The notes: a model not told the origin generated them from the letters alone. Shown: positions 18,515-28,629, numbered from the stretch's first letter. The stretch: DNA of 64,000 nt from Candidatus Anderseniibacteriota bacterium (GCA_040900375.1 JBBDZC010000015.1:8366-72365), one strand, 5' to 3'. A program made the numbers and translations.

Positions 18515-18739
18515 ATGAGTCTCGTCGAAGTTTTCGCTACTCTCCTGCACAGTTTTGCTTTTGTCGTACTGTATTTCATCACTGGCTTTGGCCCAGGCTT
18601 CATCCTCGGCATGATACTCGCTAATGCAATCTTTGGCCGGGGCCGGCCGGCCTATATTGACTCTCACCAAGAAGCTATTAAACGCGCCGCCCAGCATAAT
18701 GCCCAGTGGGCGCCGTCAAATGAGCGCTGGCAGCAATAA
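18515..18739 (+). CDS. Small membrane protein
   Basis: 74 aa with a hydrophobic N-terminal half; fills the gap between genes. Confidence 0.5.
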   Translation: MSLVEVFATLLHSFAFVVLYFITGFGPGFILGMILANAIFGRGRPAYIDSHQEAIKRAAQHNAQWAPSNERWQQ

Positions 18740-18763
18740 GCGTGCGCTCCTAACTTTGTATTT

Positions 18764-20170
18764 CTAGAGTGTAATAGTCTCCCCTTCTTCGGGACGCTCA
18801 ACCTGCCAATCCGGATGGCGGGCCGTAAGTTCGGCACGCAAAACATCGGCTTGCTCTGGCTCACCATGAATCAGCACCACACGTTGCAATCCGGGTACTG
18901 CTGCCAAATATTCCATGAGCTGACTCTGGTCGGCGTGAGCCGAGAATTCGTTGAAGAGGTGGATTTCTGCGCGGGGCACAAAAGATTCTCCATACAACTC
19001 GACGTGCGCCGCCCCTTCCAGTAACCGTCGTCCGAGCGTACCTCGAGCTTGGTAGCCTGTGATAAAAATAGCGTTGCGGGGGTCACTAATCGTGTGCCGT
19101 AAGTGATGTACCACGCGGCCGGCAGTCATCATCCCCGAAGCCGCAATAACAATAAAGGGACCAGGAGTAGTATTTAACTGTTTTGATTCCTCAATTGAGC
19201 GAATATAGGTGAGGTTACGAAAGGCTAGGGGAGTGTGGTCTTCACCTTGAAAGTCACGCCATGTTTCTCCATCATAATCTTCTTTATAACGCTCAAAGAC
19301 ATCGGTAATTCGGGCAGCCAATGGTGAATCAACGTAGATTGGCAACCGAGGAATCTTTTTTTCGTCAGTGAGCTTATGTAAGAGATAAACAAATAGTTGC
19401 GTGCGACCAAGTGAGAAGGCCGGCACAATAATTTTGCCGCCGCGCTCGTTCACCCGAGTAATAACCTCGGCGAGACGCGCCAGCGCCGCGGCGGAAGACT
19501 CATGGTGTCGCGCGCCATATGTGCTCTCCACCAGGATCGCCTCAATATTTTCTGCCGGTACTTCTGGATCATAGAGAAGCGGCATGCCTGGTGAACCTAA
19601 GTCACCCGTGTACGCCAACTGCCGCGTCTGCCCCGCGACATCAACTTGCAGCACCGTGATTGCTGATCCCAGAATATGTCCCGCATCATAGAACTTAACC
19701 CGCATGTTGTCTGATAATTCATGCCAGGCATTGCGCACACGGCTGTACGGCACCGTCACAAAACGCTCTATGGTCGGCGCAATGTCCTCGGGCGTAAAGA
19801 GTGGCTCCCGATCGTCTGGCGCTCCCTGGTGGTGACGACGACGATACAAGGCATCTTGGATCTCAATCGCTGCCGCATCAGCCAGCATCTGCTGGGCCAC
19901 CTCTTGCGTTGCGGGTGTTGAAATGATCTTCCCTTGAAAACCCCGCTTCACGAGCAGCGGCAACATTCCGCAGTGGTCAATGTGAGCGTGCGATAGCAGT
20001 ACAAAGTCAATGGACTCGGGCGGAAAGGGCAGACTGCGATTCCGTTCGCGCATATCAGGCAACCCTTGGAAGGTTCCGCAATCAAACAAAATCCGCTTCT
20101 CACCTGCTGCCAGGAGATGTTTACTGCCGGTGACTCCGCTGGCACCACCGTAAAAGGTAATCTGCAGCAT
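18764..20170 (-). CDS. MBL-fold metallo-hydrolase with beta-CASP domain (RNA-processing nuclease)
   Basis: SHAHIDHCG, AGHILGS, ESTYG, PAFSLGRTQ, FSAHAD motifs. Confidence 0.93.
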   Translation of the reverse strand: MLQITFYGGASGVTGSKHLLAAGEKRILFDCGTFQGLPDMRERNRSLPFPPESIDFVLLSHAHIDHCGMLPLLVKRGFQGKIISTPATQEVAQQMLADAAAIEIQDALYRRRHHQGAPDDREPLFTPEDIAPTIERFVTVPYSRVRNAWHELSDNMRVKFYDAGHILGSAITVLQVDVAGQTRQLAYTGDLGSPGMPLLYDPEVPAENIEAILVESTYGARHHESSAAALARLAEVITRVNERGGKIIVPAFSLGRTQLFVYLLHKLTDEKKIPRLPIYVDSPLAARITDVFERYKEDYDGETWRDFQGEDHTPLAFRNLTYIRSIEESKQLNTTPGPFIVIAASGMMTAGRVVHHLRHTISDPRNAIFITGYQARGTLGRRLLEGAAHVELYGESFVPRAEIHLFNEFSAHADQSQLMEYLAAVPGLQRVVLIHGEPEQADVLRAELTARHPDWQVERPEEGETITL

Positions 20171-20228
20171 CGTAGGTAAATCCGTTCACCAAGCCGCTCA
20201 CTTAAGATTGTCGCCTGCCGGGGTAAAT

Positions 20229-20753
20229 CTATTGGACGATAACAGTACCCGTGAACTGGGGATGCAGGTGGTCGTGGTACTGCCAACTACCTTGCTGGGT
20301 AAAGGTAAAACTATATGTCTCGCCAGTAGTCAGCCCCTGCCGCGCGTCAAACCCGGGCAGAATATCATGCGTGGGATGGAGGTCAGAAGCAGGCCAATGG
20401 GCTCCCTGGCCATTATTCACGAAAGTCACAGTCGTATTCGCAGGCACTGTCACACTTGCCGGACTAAAACCAGTATCCGTTATTGCCACCCGCACGGCCT
20501 GGGGAGCTGCAGGAGCAGTCGAGGCCGCTCCCATAGCGGCAGTTGGTGAAACACTAGGACCTTCACTAGGTAGAGCAGACGGTGGGACAACCAGAGAGTC
20601 TTCTTGAATAAATTCATCAGGCTCGGTATCAAAAACTGCGGTCGGCGAAGGAAAAGCTTCCTCGGCCGGGGTAGTCGAACGAACTACCAGCACGCCCCCG
20701 ACGATGATGGCAATAACAACGAGCAAACTACTCCAAATAACAGTACTACTCAT
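20229..20753 (-). CDS. Membrane-anchored cupredoxin-domain protein
   Basis: GFSP..VTV...TVTFVN, HWPASDLHPTH, G.W.YHDHLHP..GTVIV. Confidence 0.8.
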   Translation of the reverse strand: MSSTVIWSSLLVVIAIIVGGVLVVRSTTPAEEAFPSPTAVFDTEPDEFIQEDSLVVPPSALPSEGPSVSPTAAMGAASTAPAAPQAVRVAITDTGFSPASVTVPANTTVTFVNNGQGAHWPASDLHPTHDILPGFDARQGLTTGETYSFTFTQQGSWQYHDHLHPQFTGTVIVQ

Positions 20754-20877
20754 AAATAAGTTAAGAGAAATTAAGGCTCTTTTTTTTATTGTGCACTTTT
20801 CTGCCAGACAGTGCAACGACTACCTTTTTGAGCGGCCGTGATTGACCGCGCTACTGTGGCTCTTGAGATAGGCTCCG

Positions 20878-21324
20878 CTAGGATCTCGCGTTCTTGGAGA
20901 AATAGTGCCGATGGGCCACCACTTGCAGCGCCAGAGCGATAATTAGTAGATTCTTAATGATGTATTGACCCTCGAGCGTGGGCACGAGCATGCTGCTCCA
21001 TGTAACGGCCGGTAAAAGAATGATCGGCGCGGTGATCATAATCAGGTGCGGCAGTAGTAGAGCAATGGCCAGACGTTCGAGACGAGGCACGATAAACGTT
21101 AAACCAATTGCCATCTCATAGATTCCTAAGAGAACAATAAAATAACTAAAGGAGAAAAAAGGAAGTGTGCGCCCCAGTAAATCTGCCACCAAGGGATTTG
21201 CCGGGCTAGCATTAACGAGTTTGAGGGCCCCAAACCAAAAGTACACTAGAAATAAGGCAAAGCGACTCAAGGGGCCGCTCCACTGACGCACGAAATGCTC
21301 AAGGATGGTATCAATTTTTTGCAT
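20878..21324 (-). CDS. DoxX/DUF417-like membrane protein
   Basis: R.AL..VYFWFG.LK, GIYE, EGQYIIKN motifs; start uncertain. Confidence 0.8.
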   Translation of the reverse strand: MQKIDTILEHFVRQWSGPLSRFALFLVYFWFGALKLVNASPANPLVADLLGRTLPFFSFSYFIVLLGIYEMAIGLTFIVPRLERLAIALLLPHLIMITAPIILLPAVTWSSMLVPTLEGQYIIKNLLIIALALQVVAHRHYFSKNARS

Positions 21325-21383
21325 CGAAAGGTACTGCATAGGCACTCATCACTAACTCCTGCCATTCACCAAAAGCAACTACC

Positions 21384-22136
21384 CTACGACTGCAAAGCCT
21401 GTTCCACAACCGCTTTAACCTGTTCATATGGCAAGGCCCCGGGAACAGGAAACTTTTGTCCACTAGGACCAACCACCACCGAGTAGGGTGTGCCGCGCGC
21501 GCCAGCTGCTTGCGCATCGGATATATCGGTCTGGATTCTTTCATCATATTTCGTTGAATTAAGACAAGCAGCAAATTGAGCTTGGTTAGGCACCCCCACT
21601 TCCTGCGCTAATTGCGGCAGTTCTTCAAGCTTGAGACCATCATTCGAGGGAGTAACTTCATAAATTTTATCGAGCAACTCCCAGAATTTACCCTGCTCCC
21701 CTGCACATTCAGTGGCCACCGCTTCGGCCTTGGCTTGACTATGAAGCTGCTCAATCGGGAAGTGTCGATATACCCAGCGCACATCTTGGGGATACTCGGA
21801 GAGCAGCCGCTGCATAGTAGGATGGAAGCGTTTACAGAAAGGACACTCCAAGTCAGAATATTCAATCACTGTCACTTTGGCGTTCTCTGGTCCGCGCGTG
21901 TGATCAGCCGCCGTGATCGGCCTGAACTCCCCGACGGCCGGCTCTACAGGGGCCGGAGGCGGCGGAGACGCTACGGTCCCTGCCACGCTAGGATCATTAG
22001 TAGCGGGGGAGGTAGCAGGCCCTCCTCCAAAGTAGATTGCCAGAGCAATTAAACCGCCCGCCATAACGATGGCCGCCGGCACACCAATATTACTAACCGT
22101 CGGTCGGGGCTCTACCGGAGGATTGGGAGTGTCCAT
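21384..22136 (-). CDS. DsbA-family thioredoxin-domain protein
   Basis: EYSDLECPFC, RHFP, GTP, GALPY. Confidence 0.92.
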   Translation of the reverse strand: MDTPNPPVEPRPTVSNIGVPAAIVMAGGLIALAIYFGGGPATSPATNDPSVAGTVASPPPPAPVEPAVGEFRPITAADHTRGPENAKVTVIEYSDLECPFCKRFHPTMQRLLSEYPQDVRWVYRHFPIEQLHSQAKAEAVATECAGEQGKFWELLDKIYEVTPSNDGLKLEELPQLAQEVGVPNQAQFAACLNSTKYDERIQTDISDAQAAGARGTPYSVVVGPSGQKFPVPGALPYEQVKAVVEQALQS

Positions 22137-22235
22137 AGGATATGTGTATGCTTAAATATTAGAGTCTTTTCACTATAAGTTCTTCGCCTAAGGAATACCA
22201 GAGGCCGGCTAACCGCAAGCAGCGTTCCATAATCT

Positions 22236-25200
22236 TTAGGCGGACAGCTTACCAGCCGCGACTAAGAGACAATATTCACATTGCCCACAAAACTGCTCAT
22301 TATCAGGCGCTAAAAAACGAAGAGCATTGATGTCGCGCCACACTTGTTGAATAATCACGCGGAGCGCCTTAGTATCGGTGGTTGTTAGTCCATACTTCTT
22401 TTTTATGTAGGCCTTTTTACTAGGGCTCTTTTCGACAAAATCAATCTCGCCGCTATGTATATCATAAGGAAAGCGCGGCGAACTATCCCCCAGTAGCTTA
22501 TAGAAGACTAGTTGGCGGTGGTAGTCCCCGCCCCGCTGCAGCGCCGCGCGTTTGGTGTCAGGGTTACCAGTCTTGTAGTCCACAACGTGCGCTGATCTCG
22601 CGGCCGCATCAATCTCAACCTTATCGATCATGCCGGTTAACGGCACGCTGTCAACCACAACACCATGGGCGCTAAAATTATATTCTAACAAGTTAGTGCG
22701 GGAACACGTGTCACGGTAATGCTCATAGTACTCACGCAAGACTTTGGTGCCGACATCGAGCGCGTCGCGATACTCGGCCTCAGTCAGCGACTCGCGCCGC
22801 AAGTGCTTGATAAAACTCTGGGTTAAATCCTTTGCTGTCGGTAAATGATCGTGAGTTATCCGGCTACAAAAATCGTAGAGCGCGCCATGAATCGCCGTCC
22901 CAAAAGCCATGTGCTTATTTTTAACACTGGGGACTCGCAACAGGTTACGGTAGTAGAAGAGCCGGGGACAGCGCAAGTAGTTATTAAGGTGCGTGACGCT
23001 CAAAACATACTGCTCCAATTGCATTGTAATATAGGTAGTGAGTTGTTCGTTTGGCGCAGCTGGTTCTACAGGGGTCACTGCCATGCTTAACCGCGCCAGA
23101 GTCGCCGGTGCTTTTTCCTCCACCACCTGTACAGTTTTGAGAGCAGGCGGAATCTCCTCCACAAAAATGGCTGGGACTTGGGCGCGGCCTGTACTGCTCT
23201 GGTGCGCCCAGGAAATATGTGCCATCCGCCGCGCTCGTGTGAGTGCCACATAAAATAAACGGCGCTCATCCTCGTTATTTTCCTCGCCGGTGATTTTGTC
23301 ATATTGCAGGAGCCCCTGGGGCAGTGGCACCATGGTCCGCTCGTGGAGGTTGCCCCAGTGGCGATCACACGCCCGCACAATGAAGACATGTTCAAACTCC
23401 AATCCTTTGGCCCGGTGTGCTGTCATTAGGCGTACGGCTTCACGCTGGCTCTGGAGACGAGCGGCTGGCACCACCACTCGGTGCACAGTTAAGAGATCAA
23501 CATAGGCCAGAAATTGCCCCAGCGTAAAGAGCCGCTGGTGCCGATCTTGCAATTTAATATCAGTAAATAACGTCGTAATACAGTTGAGCATGTTGAGGTG
23601 GTCAGCTTGAAGCAAAACATAATTGAGTAGCCCCGACTCACGTAAGACGTGAGCCACAAAGTCAGGCAAAGGCCGATTGTGGAGGAGCGCCTGCCACGCC
23701 GCAATTTTTTGGGTGAGCGTGAGCAGTGCTCGGGGTTGTTTCACCCCACTCGCTGCCAGGTGTTCCGGGGTACTCATTACCCGAAAAAGATCCAGCTTCT
23801 GCTCACGGGCATAGGCTTGGGCTTTAAGCACATCAAGCGTCGACAATTGCCAAAACTCGTAGTGCAGGATATTCCACAAAGTATCCCCGCGGCGCGGATC
23901 TTGAAGGTAACGCAATACCTCGAGAAATTGCTGGATAATAATGTCATCGAGGATATTGTGGCCACTTTCCACCTGCACCGGAATCCCCTGTTTACGCATG
24001 GCCTCAGCAAAATCAGCCGCATCAGCATTGCGGCGATACAGCACCGCGATTTCGGGGGCGGGCACACCGGCGGTAAGCAGCGCTTGAATTTTCTGGGCGA
24101 TGCCATATCTTTCCATGTCCCCATTGTCAAACTGCAAAATATCGATTGGTTTCGGCTCATATGCTTGCTGCGCCCGCAAGGGAGCTTGAGCAGCTGGCAG
24201 GTAGCGCTCAACCGACTCTTCGTTATGGCTAATAATGGCCGCCGCCGCATCTAAAATAGCTTGCTGGCTGCGATAATTATCCTCTAAAACAATCACCTGG
24301 GCGCTGTCACGATACTGCTCATAGAGAAAAAGCAGATTTTCCAGGGAAGCCCCTTGAAAACGATAGATTGACTGCTTATCATCACCCACGACAAAGATAT
24401 TGGGATTATCGTGAAACTGACCGAGTAGATAAATAGCTTCATTCTGCGCCCCGTTAGTGTCCTGATACTCATCCACCAAAATATACTGAAACTGTTCCTG
24501 ATAGCGCGCGAGCAATTCTTCATCCTCCTTAAAACGCTCGGCCACGAATAAAATCATGTCTTCATAATCATATCGTCCGCGCGTGCGCATCTTCTGTTGA
24601 TACGCTTCATACACTTTCTTCATATCCTGCTGTTTTGGCAAACGATTAGTGAGAGAATCGGTGAAACGCTTAAGATCATTCTTATATTTAGTGACGAGCT
24701 TGCCGACGGCGCGACGCTCGGCGGCGGGGGCAGCGGCGGTAAAGCGGCCATACATTTTTTCCAGGCGATCAAAATGAGGCGCCAGGCGGGAAAACTGGGA
24801 GCGTAACGCCATAAGTTCCTGGTGAACTTCGGCGACGGCCGCGGGCGTGCGCTCGGCTGTCGAACTGGTGATGAGTGGTTGGATAAGCGGTGCCATCGCC
24901 ACCACTAATTTCTTAGTTGCCGTCACCACCGCTTGGTACCGCCGACTCGTAACGTGCTCTTGTTTGAGCGATTGGATATTACCAGCAATATCAGACAGGA
25001 ATAGGTAGGGGTTACCAAAAGGCTTTAAGGGACTAGTCCCCGGTAGTTCATCGATAATTTCCCGAAAAAGTTCCAGGCGCTCTACCTCGGAGAGAACTTC
25101 GAGGTCACGAGCAAACGTGAACTTTTCGGGATACTCTTGGATGATATCATTGCAAAACGAGTGGAATGTATGAATCCGCACGTAGTACGCCGCCGGGCCA

Positions 25201-25457
25201 ATAATAGTCACCAGCCGCTTGCGCATGGCCGCTACACCGCTCTCTGTAAAAGTGAGGCACAAAATATTGTAGGGATCCATTTGTGTCTCCTGCAAAATCT
25301 TAGCAATTCTTAAAGCCAGGATTTGTGTCTTGCCCGTACCTGGACCAGCCAGCACAATCACCACCCCTTCAATCGCATCCACCGCCTGCCGCTGCGCGGG
25401 ATTAAGCTCCTGGTAGAGTTTTTTAAATACTTGGCCTGAATGTGGAGACGAGATCAT
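22236..25457 (-). CDS. UvrD/PcrA superfamily-1 helicase fused to a PD-(D/E)XK nuclease
   Basis: AGPGTGKT, LVDEYQD, VGDDKQSIYRF, AKGLEF, RRLFYVALTRAR; C-terminal GMIDKV...VDYKTG and CPR...CGQCEYC. Confidence 0.93.
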   Translation of the reverse strand: MISSPHSGQVFKKLYQELNPAQRQAVDAIEGVVIVLAGPGTGKTQILALRIAKILQETQMDPYNILCLTFTESGVAAMRKRLVTIIGPAAYYVRIHTFHSFCNDIIQEYPEKFTFARDLEVLSEVERLELFREIIDELPGTSPLKPFGNPYLFLSDIAGNIQSLKQEHVTSRRYQAVVTATKKLVVAMAPLIQPLITSSTAERTPAAVAEVHQELMALRSQFSRLAPHFDRLEKMYGRFTAAAPAAERRAVGKLVTKYKNDLKRFTDSLTNRLPKQQDMKKVYEAYQQKMRTRGRYDYEDMILFVAERFKEDEELLARYQEQFQYILVDEYQDTNGAQNEAIYLLGQFHDNPNIFVVGDDKQSIYRFQGASLENLLFLYEQYRDSAQVIVLEDNYRSQQAILDAAAAIISHNEESVERYLPAAQAPLRAQQAYEPKPIDILQFDNGDMERYGIAQKIQALLTAGVPAPEIAVLYRRNADAADFAEAMRKQGIPVQVESGHNILDDIIIQQFLEVLRYLQDPRRGDTLWNILHYEFWQLSTLDVLKAQAYAREQKLDLFRVMSTPEHLAASGVKQPRALLTLTQKIAAWQALLHNRPLPDFVAHVLRESGLLNYVLLQADHLNMLNCITTLFTDIKLQDRHQRLFTLGQFLAYVDLLTVHRVVVPAARLQSQREAVRLMTAHRAKGLEFEHVFIVRACDRHWGNLHERTMVPLPQGLLQYDKITGEENNEDERRLFYVALTRARRMAHISWAHQSSTGRAQVPAIFVEEIPPALKTVQVVEEKAPATLARLSMAVTPVEPAAPNEQLTTYITMQLEQYVLSVTHLNNYLRCPRLFYYRNLLRVPSVKNKHMAFGTAIHGALYDFCSRITHDHLPTAKDLTQSFIKHLRRESLTEAEYRDALDVGTKVLREYYEHYRDTCSRTNLLEYNFSAHGVVVDSVPLTGMIDKVEIDAAARSAHVVDYKTGNPDTKRAALQRGGDYHRQLVFYKLLGDSSPRFPYDIHSGEIDFVEKSPSKKAYIKKKYGLTTTDTKALRVIIQQVWRDINALRFLAPDNEQFCGQCEYCLLVAAGKLSA

Positions 25458-25563
25458 ACATAAAACTGTAGCATATCGAAAATTAATCCTTCGGGTAATG
25501 AAAATACGGTATACTACACACAGCTACAGTCTTAATATCGCTTCAGGAGGGGAGGTGATTATC

Positions 25564-26149
25564 ATGAAAATATCCAAAAATCATGGTTGGTACTACCACT
25601 ATCATTGCCCTCGCCGCTCTTGTCGGCGGGCCCTTGGTAAGCCAGGCCGCTGATACCGTCGAGCAAACGAATGAAGACACCGGCAATAACTCCACTAATC
25701 GCAACCGCGCCCGGATCAACCGCCGGCACCGCCATGATCAAACCAATGTCGGCACAGCGGTTAATATGATTGGTATCAATGCCACAACGGGCAAGAATAA
25801 GTCCAATCAAAATACCACGGGTGGCGATATTAATAGTGGCGTCATTGATGTGGCCGGCGCAACTACCAACGAACTCAACCAGAATCCCGGTCCTCTGCCT
25901 TCGCCCATTACCAGCGAAGTCAATGCTACCCAGACAAACGACGATACGGGTAATAACTCCACTAATACCAATCGTCTTCGTGTCCGCGAGCGACAGCGGA
26001 CAACGGTGAACAACACCGCCGTGGCCAGTAACACAATCAACGTCACAGGGAATACTGGGCAAAACGAGTCCAACGAGAATACGACTGGCGGTACAACCAC
26101 CACTGGCGATGTCCTGTTGAACTTGAGTGCGGCTAATATACTCAATTAG
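25564..26149 (+). CDS. Secreted Asn/Thr-rich repeat protein; SD-linked ATG is one base out of frame
   Basis: SD GGAGGTGA then ATG at 25564; main ORF 25583-26149 has a signal peptide and two TN.DTGNNSTN...TG.N.SN.NTTGG repeats. Confidence 0.75.
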
Positions 26150-26987
26150 TCATCGGTCCGCCTTCAGGAGGTGGGAGGGACCTTCTGTGGCGGAACGAGG
26201 CACTACTACCTGAATGCCGCGACCATAGGTAAAGCCCGAGTCCCAGTAGTGGTATCGTTAGTAACTGCCCTTGGGCCAGAGTGAGATTGGCAAAGCTCAC
26301 CGCAAGCCCGTCTGGCTCGCGGAAAAAACCAGTAATAAGACGTAAAGTACTGTAGAGCAACAAGAATAAAGCCAGGACACGGCCCGGTCTAACCGGCTGG
26401 ATGCGGTAGAGATACCACAGACACACGACCGCAACGATGATATTTTTGAGTACAGCATAGAGCTGCACCGGATGGCGCAGTCCCGCCACACCAGGCATGA
26501 CTACCCCCCACGGTACACTGGTCACCGTGCCGTAGAGCTCACCATTAATAAAATTGCCGAGACGGCCCCCGGCTAAAGCTAGGGCTGCCGGTACAACCAC
26601 GACATCAAATAATTTCCAGGGGTCAATTCTAAGACGCCGACTAACCAGCCAGAGCGCTGCCCCCACGCCGATAAACCCGCCGTGAGACGCCATGCCACCA
26701 TGCCAGAGTTTAACAATTTCCAGCGGATAATTGAGATAATAGCTGGGTTCATACAGCAGGACATAGCCTAAACGCCCGCCAATTAAGACTCCTGCCATCG
26801 CGGCCAAAATAATGACGAGCCACTCGTCCGCAGTTAAAGCAAGTCCTCGCTGCTTCTGCAATCGCGGACAAAGAAACCACACACTGGCAAATCCCAGCAG
26901 ATACAATACCCCGTACCATGAGATTAATAGTCCGGCTATCTCTATAAAAATCTGGCGCGTGGGGAAAAAAGTAATCATAAGATTCAT
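26142..26987 (-). CDS. lgt: Prolipoprotein diacylglyceryl transferase
   Basis: WYG, GGRLGYVL, WHGGMASHGG, GRLGNFINGELYG, RHPVQLY. Confidence 0.95.
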   Translation of the reverse strand: MNLMITFFPTRQIFIEIAGLLISWYGVLYLLGFASVWFLCPRLQKQRGLALTADEWLVIILAAMAGVLIGGRLGYVLLYEPSYYLNYPLEIVKLWHGGMASHGGFIGVGAALWLVSRRLRIDPWKLFDVVVVPAALALAGGRLGNFINGELYGTVTSVPWGVVMPGVAGLRHPVQLYAVLKNIIVAVVCLWYLYRIQPVRPGRVLALFLLLYSTLRLITGFFREPDGLAVSFANLTLAQGQLLTIPLLGLGLYLWSRHSGSSASFRHRRSLPPPEGGPMTN

Positions 26988-27010
26988 ACTACACACCGCC
27001 CGGCGGTAAT

Positions 27011-27040
27011 AAAAAAGGGCGAACCGTTTAAGTTCGCCCC
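27011..27040 (-). terminator. Intrinsic terminator
   Basis: GGGCGAAC/GTTCGCCC hairpin with a T-run on the minus strand. Confidence 0.7.
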
Positions 27041-27054
27041 GTTAGACTCTGGAG

Positions 27055-27504
27055 CTAACGAACAATACCTTTGATCATCGGGCGCAATCGCCGCCGCTTA
27101 AGCCCCCGCCGTTTCTTGGGAGAAGACTTTTTGCGAGGTTTGTGGACTGGCGTCCGCTTGCGACCAGACTGGACGTCATCCAACAACCGCCTCATGCCCG
27201 CCAGAGCATAGGGATCGTGGCCATTGACGTCACTCAAAGGCATCTTGAGCAGCAGTTTCACCTCCATCGCGTTGGTCGACAGCACAACAGTGACTCCCTG
27301 CCCCTGTATGCAGCCTTGATGCGCCAAACCGCGGATGTCGTGATCAGCTACCTCAACCATCGCCACCGTCTCATAGAGACCAATGGGTTGGTAACAAAGG
27401 CAGCAAGCCTGCGCCTTGAGACGGTTAGACACTTGATGCCCTTCGCCGGCTCCCAGGAGCTGTCCTACTTGGAAGAAGTCTGCCACTAACACTCGATCCA
27501 TCAT
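27055..27504 (-). CDS. Hypothetical protein with CxxC...HxxC motif and basic tail
   Basis: CCLC...HQGC; Lys/Arg-rich C-terminus; followed by terminator. Confidence 0.6.
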   Translation of the reverse strand: MMDRVLVADFFQVGQLLGAGEGHQVSNRLKAQACCLCYQPIGLYETVAMVEVADHDIRGLAHQGCIQGQGVTVVLSTNAMEVKLLLKMPLSDVNGHDPYALAGMRRLLDDVQSGRKRTPVHKPRKKSSPKKRRGLKRRRLRPMIKGIVR

Positions 27505-27585
27505 GGCGTAATCCTTGCAGAAAATGGCCTGGAACTAAAGAAAGAAAGCCTCTTCTCTCTCCGGCCCCGCCTTGCTCTCCGCCGG

Positions 27586-27996
27586 CTATTGCGCCGACGC
27601 CATGGCCGTCTTCTTCTGTGGCTTGGCTCCATTAAGGCCAAAACACTTGAGCACAGCTCGATTGACCTGTTCAACGGTCGGGTAACTGTACTGGCCCTCG
27701 TGCTGTGCCTCAAATTGGTCACAACTGCCCATCGTCACAAACACAATCTTTCCGTTGAGAAGGTAGGCGCGCACCGGCATGTAACCGCAGAACTGCACCC
27801 CCGTCACGTGACAGCGCAGGTGCTCCTGACATTTCCCCTGAAAGTTCTCCAAGGCGGCCACGGCCGCCGGATGGATAGCCTGCGAGAGAATCGTGCGAAT
27901 CCAGACCTTGGGCGCTTCCGCTTCCTTGACAATCTTTCCCACGAGAACACTCCTAAAAAACGTCCTTGATTGATCCACAACAGTGCCTCGTATCAA
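27586..27996 (-). CDS. Hypothetical Cys/His-containing protein
   Basis: CQEH..CH....C...C; co-oriented with 27055-27504; start uncertain. Confidence 0.5.
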   Translation of the reverse strand: MIRGTVVDQSRTFFRSVLVGKIVKEAEAPKVWIRTILSQAIHPAAVAALENFQGKCQEHLRCHVTGVQFCGYMPVRAYLLNGKIVFVTMGSCDQFEAQHEGQYSYPTVEQVNRAVLKCFGLNGAKPQKKTAMASAQ

Positions 27997-28101
27997 GTTC
28001 CTGATAACCGAAAAGTGACCGCGATCTCCTTTCTTGGCTTTCTTGGCTTGAGTTTACAAAGTACTCTCTAAAACTACTGGAACATACTCCAGATAAATAT
28101 G

Positions 28102-28129
28102 ACTATAGACCATCAGATATTTTTGTCAA
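28102..28129 (-). promoter_or_regulatory. Sigma-70-like promoter
   Basis: TTGACA-16 nt-TATAGT on the minus strand. Confidence 0.6.
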
Positions 28130-28170
28130 TGACGAATGACAAAATATCTGCCCCTTAATCATTTTAATCA

Positions 28171-28629
28171 TTAGCTAACGGGCGTGGCAGGCAGGACTGT
28201 TAACAGCCAATGATTACGCTTGGCCCAGCGCGACATAAACTCACGCTGGGGCAGACAGTAGTTTTCTCCGTGCCAAGGATCATGCATAACAACCTCGTCA
28301 GTATTGTAGCCGACGATCACGGCATAGTGCCCCTCGTTATCTTCTGGCTCAACATAGTTGACAATCACCGGCTGCCCCTGGTCGATCAGTCGGCAAACCT
28401 CGACCCAACTACCCGGCTTGGCAGTAGAGGAGGGATGATAGGTCCGCAGCGTACGCAGCATATTAGCGGCGGTCGTACCCGCGGCCGCAGTTGTGTGCGC
28501 CGCCCGTGCCAGCTCACCGAGCGCTACCTCGGCATGGCAAAACGCCAACATCATCTGAAGTGATGCTGGCCCACACAGATAATTAGTTGTTTGTCGGAAA
28601 AAGGGGACAGGGATCATTGTCATAAGCAT
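28171..28629 (-). CDS. Peptidase C39 family protein
   Basis: Q....CGPASL, GHYAVIVGY, HDPW. Confidence 0.85.
   Translation of the reverse strand: MLMTMIPVPFFRQTTNYLCGPASLQMMLAFCHAEVALGELARAAHTTAAAGTTAANMLRTLRTYHPSSTAKPGSWVEVCRLIDQGQPVIVNYVEPEDNEGHYAVIVGYNTDEVVMHDPWHGENYCLPQREFMSRWAKRNHWLLTVLPATPVS

Noticed and set aside
25583-26149. AAC/AAT-rich stretch as a DGR template repeat
   Set aside because: It does not align with the variable-region-like segment and is explained by an Asn-rich protein with a signal peptide.
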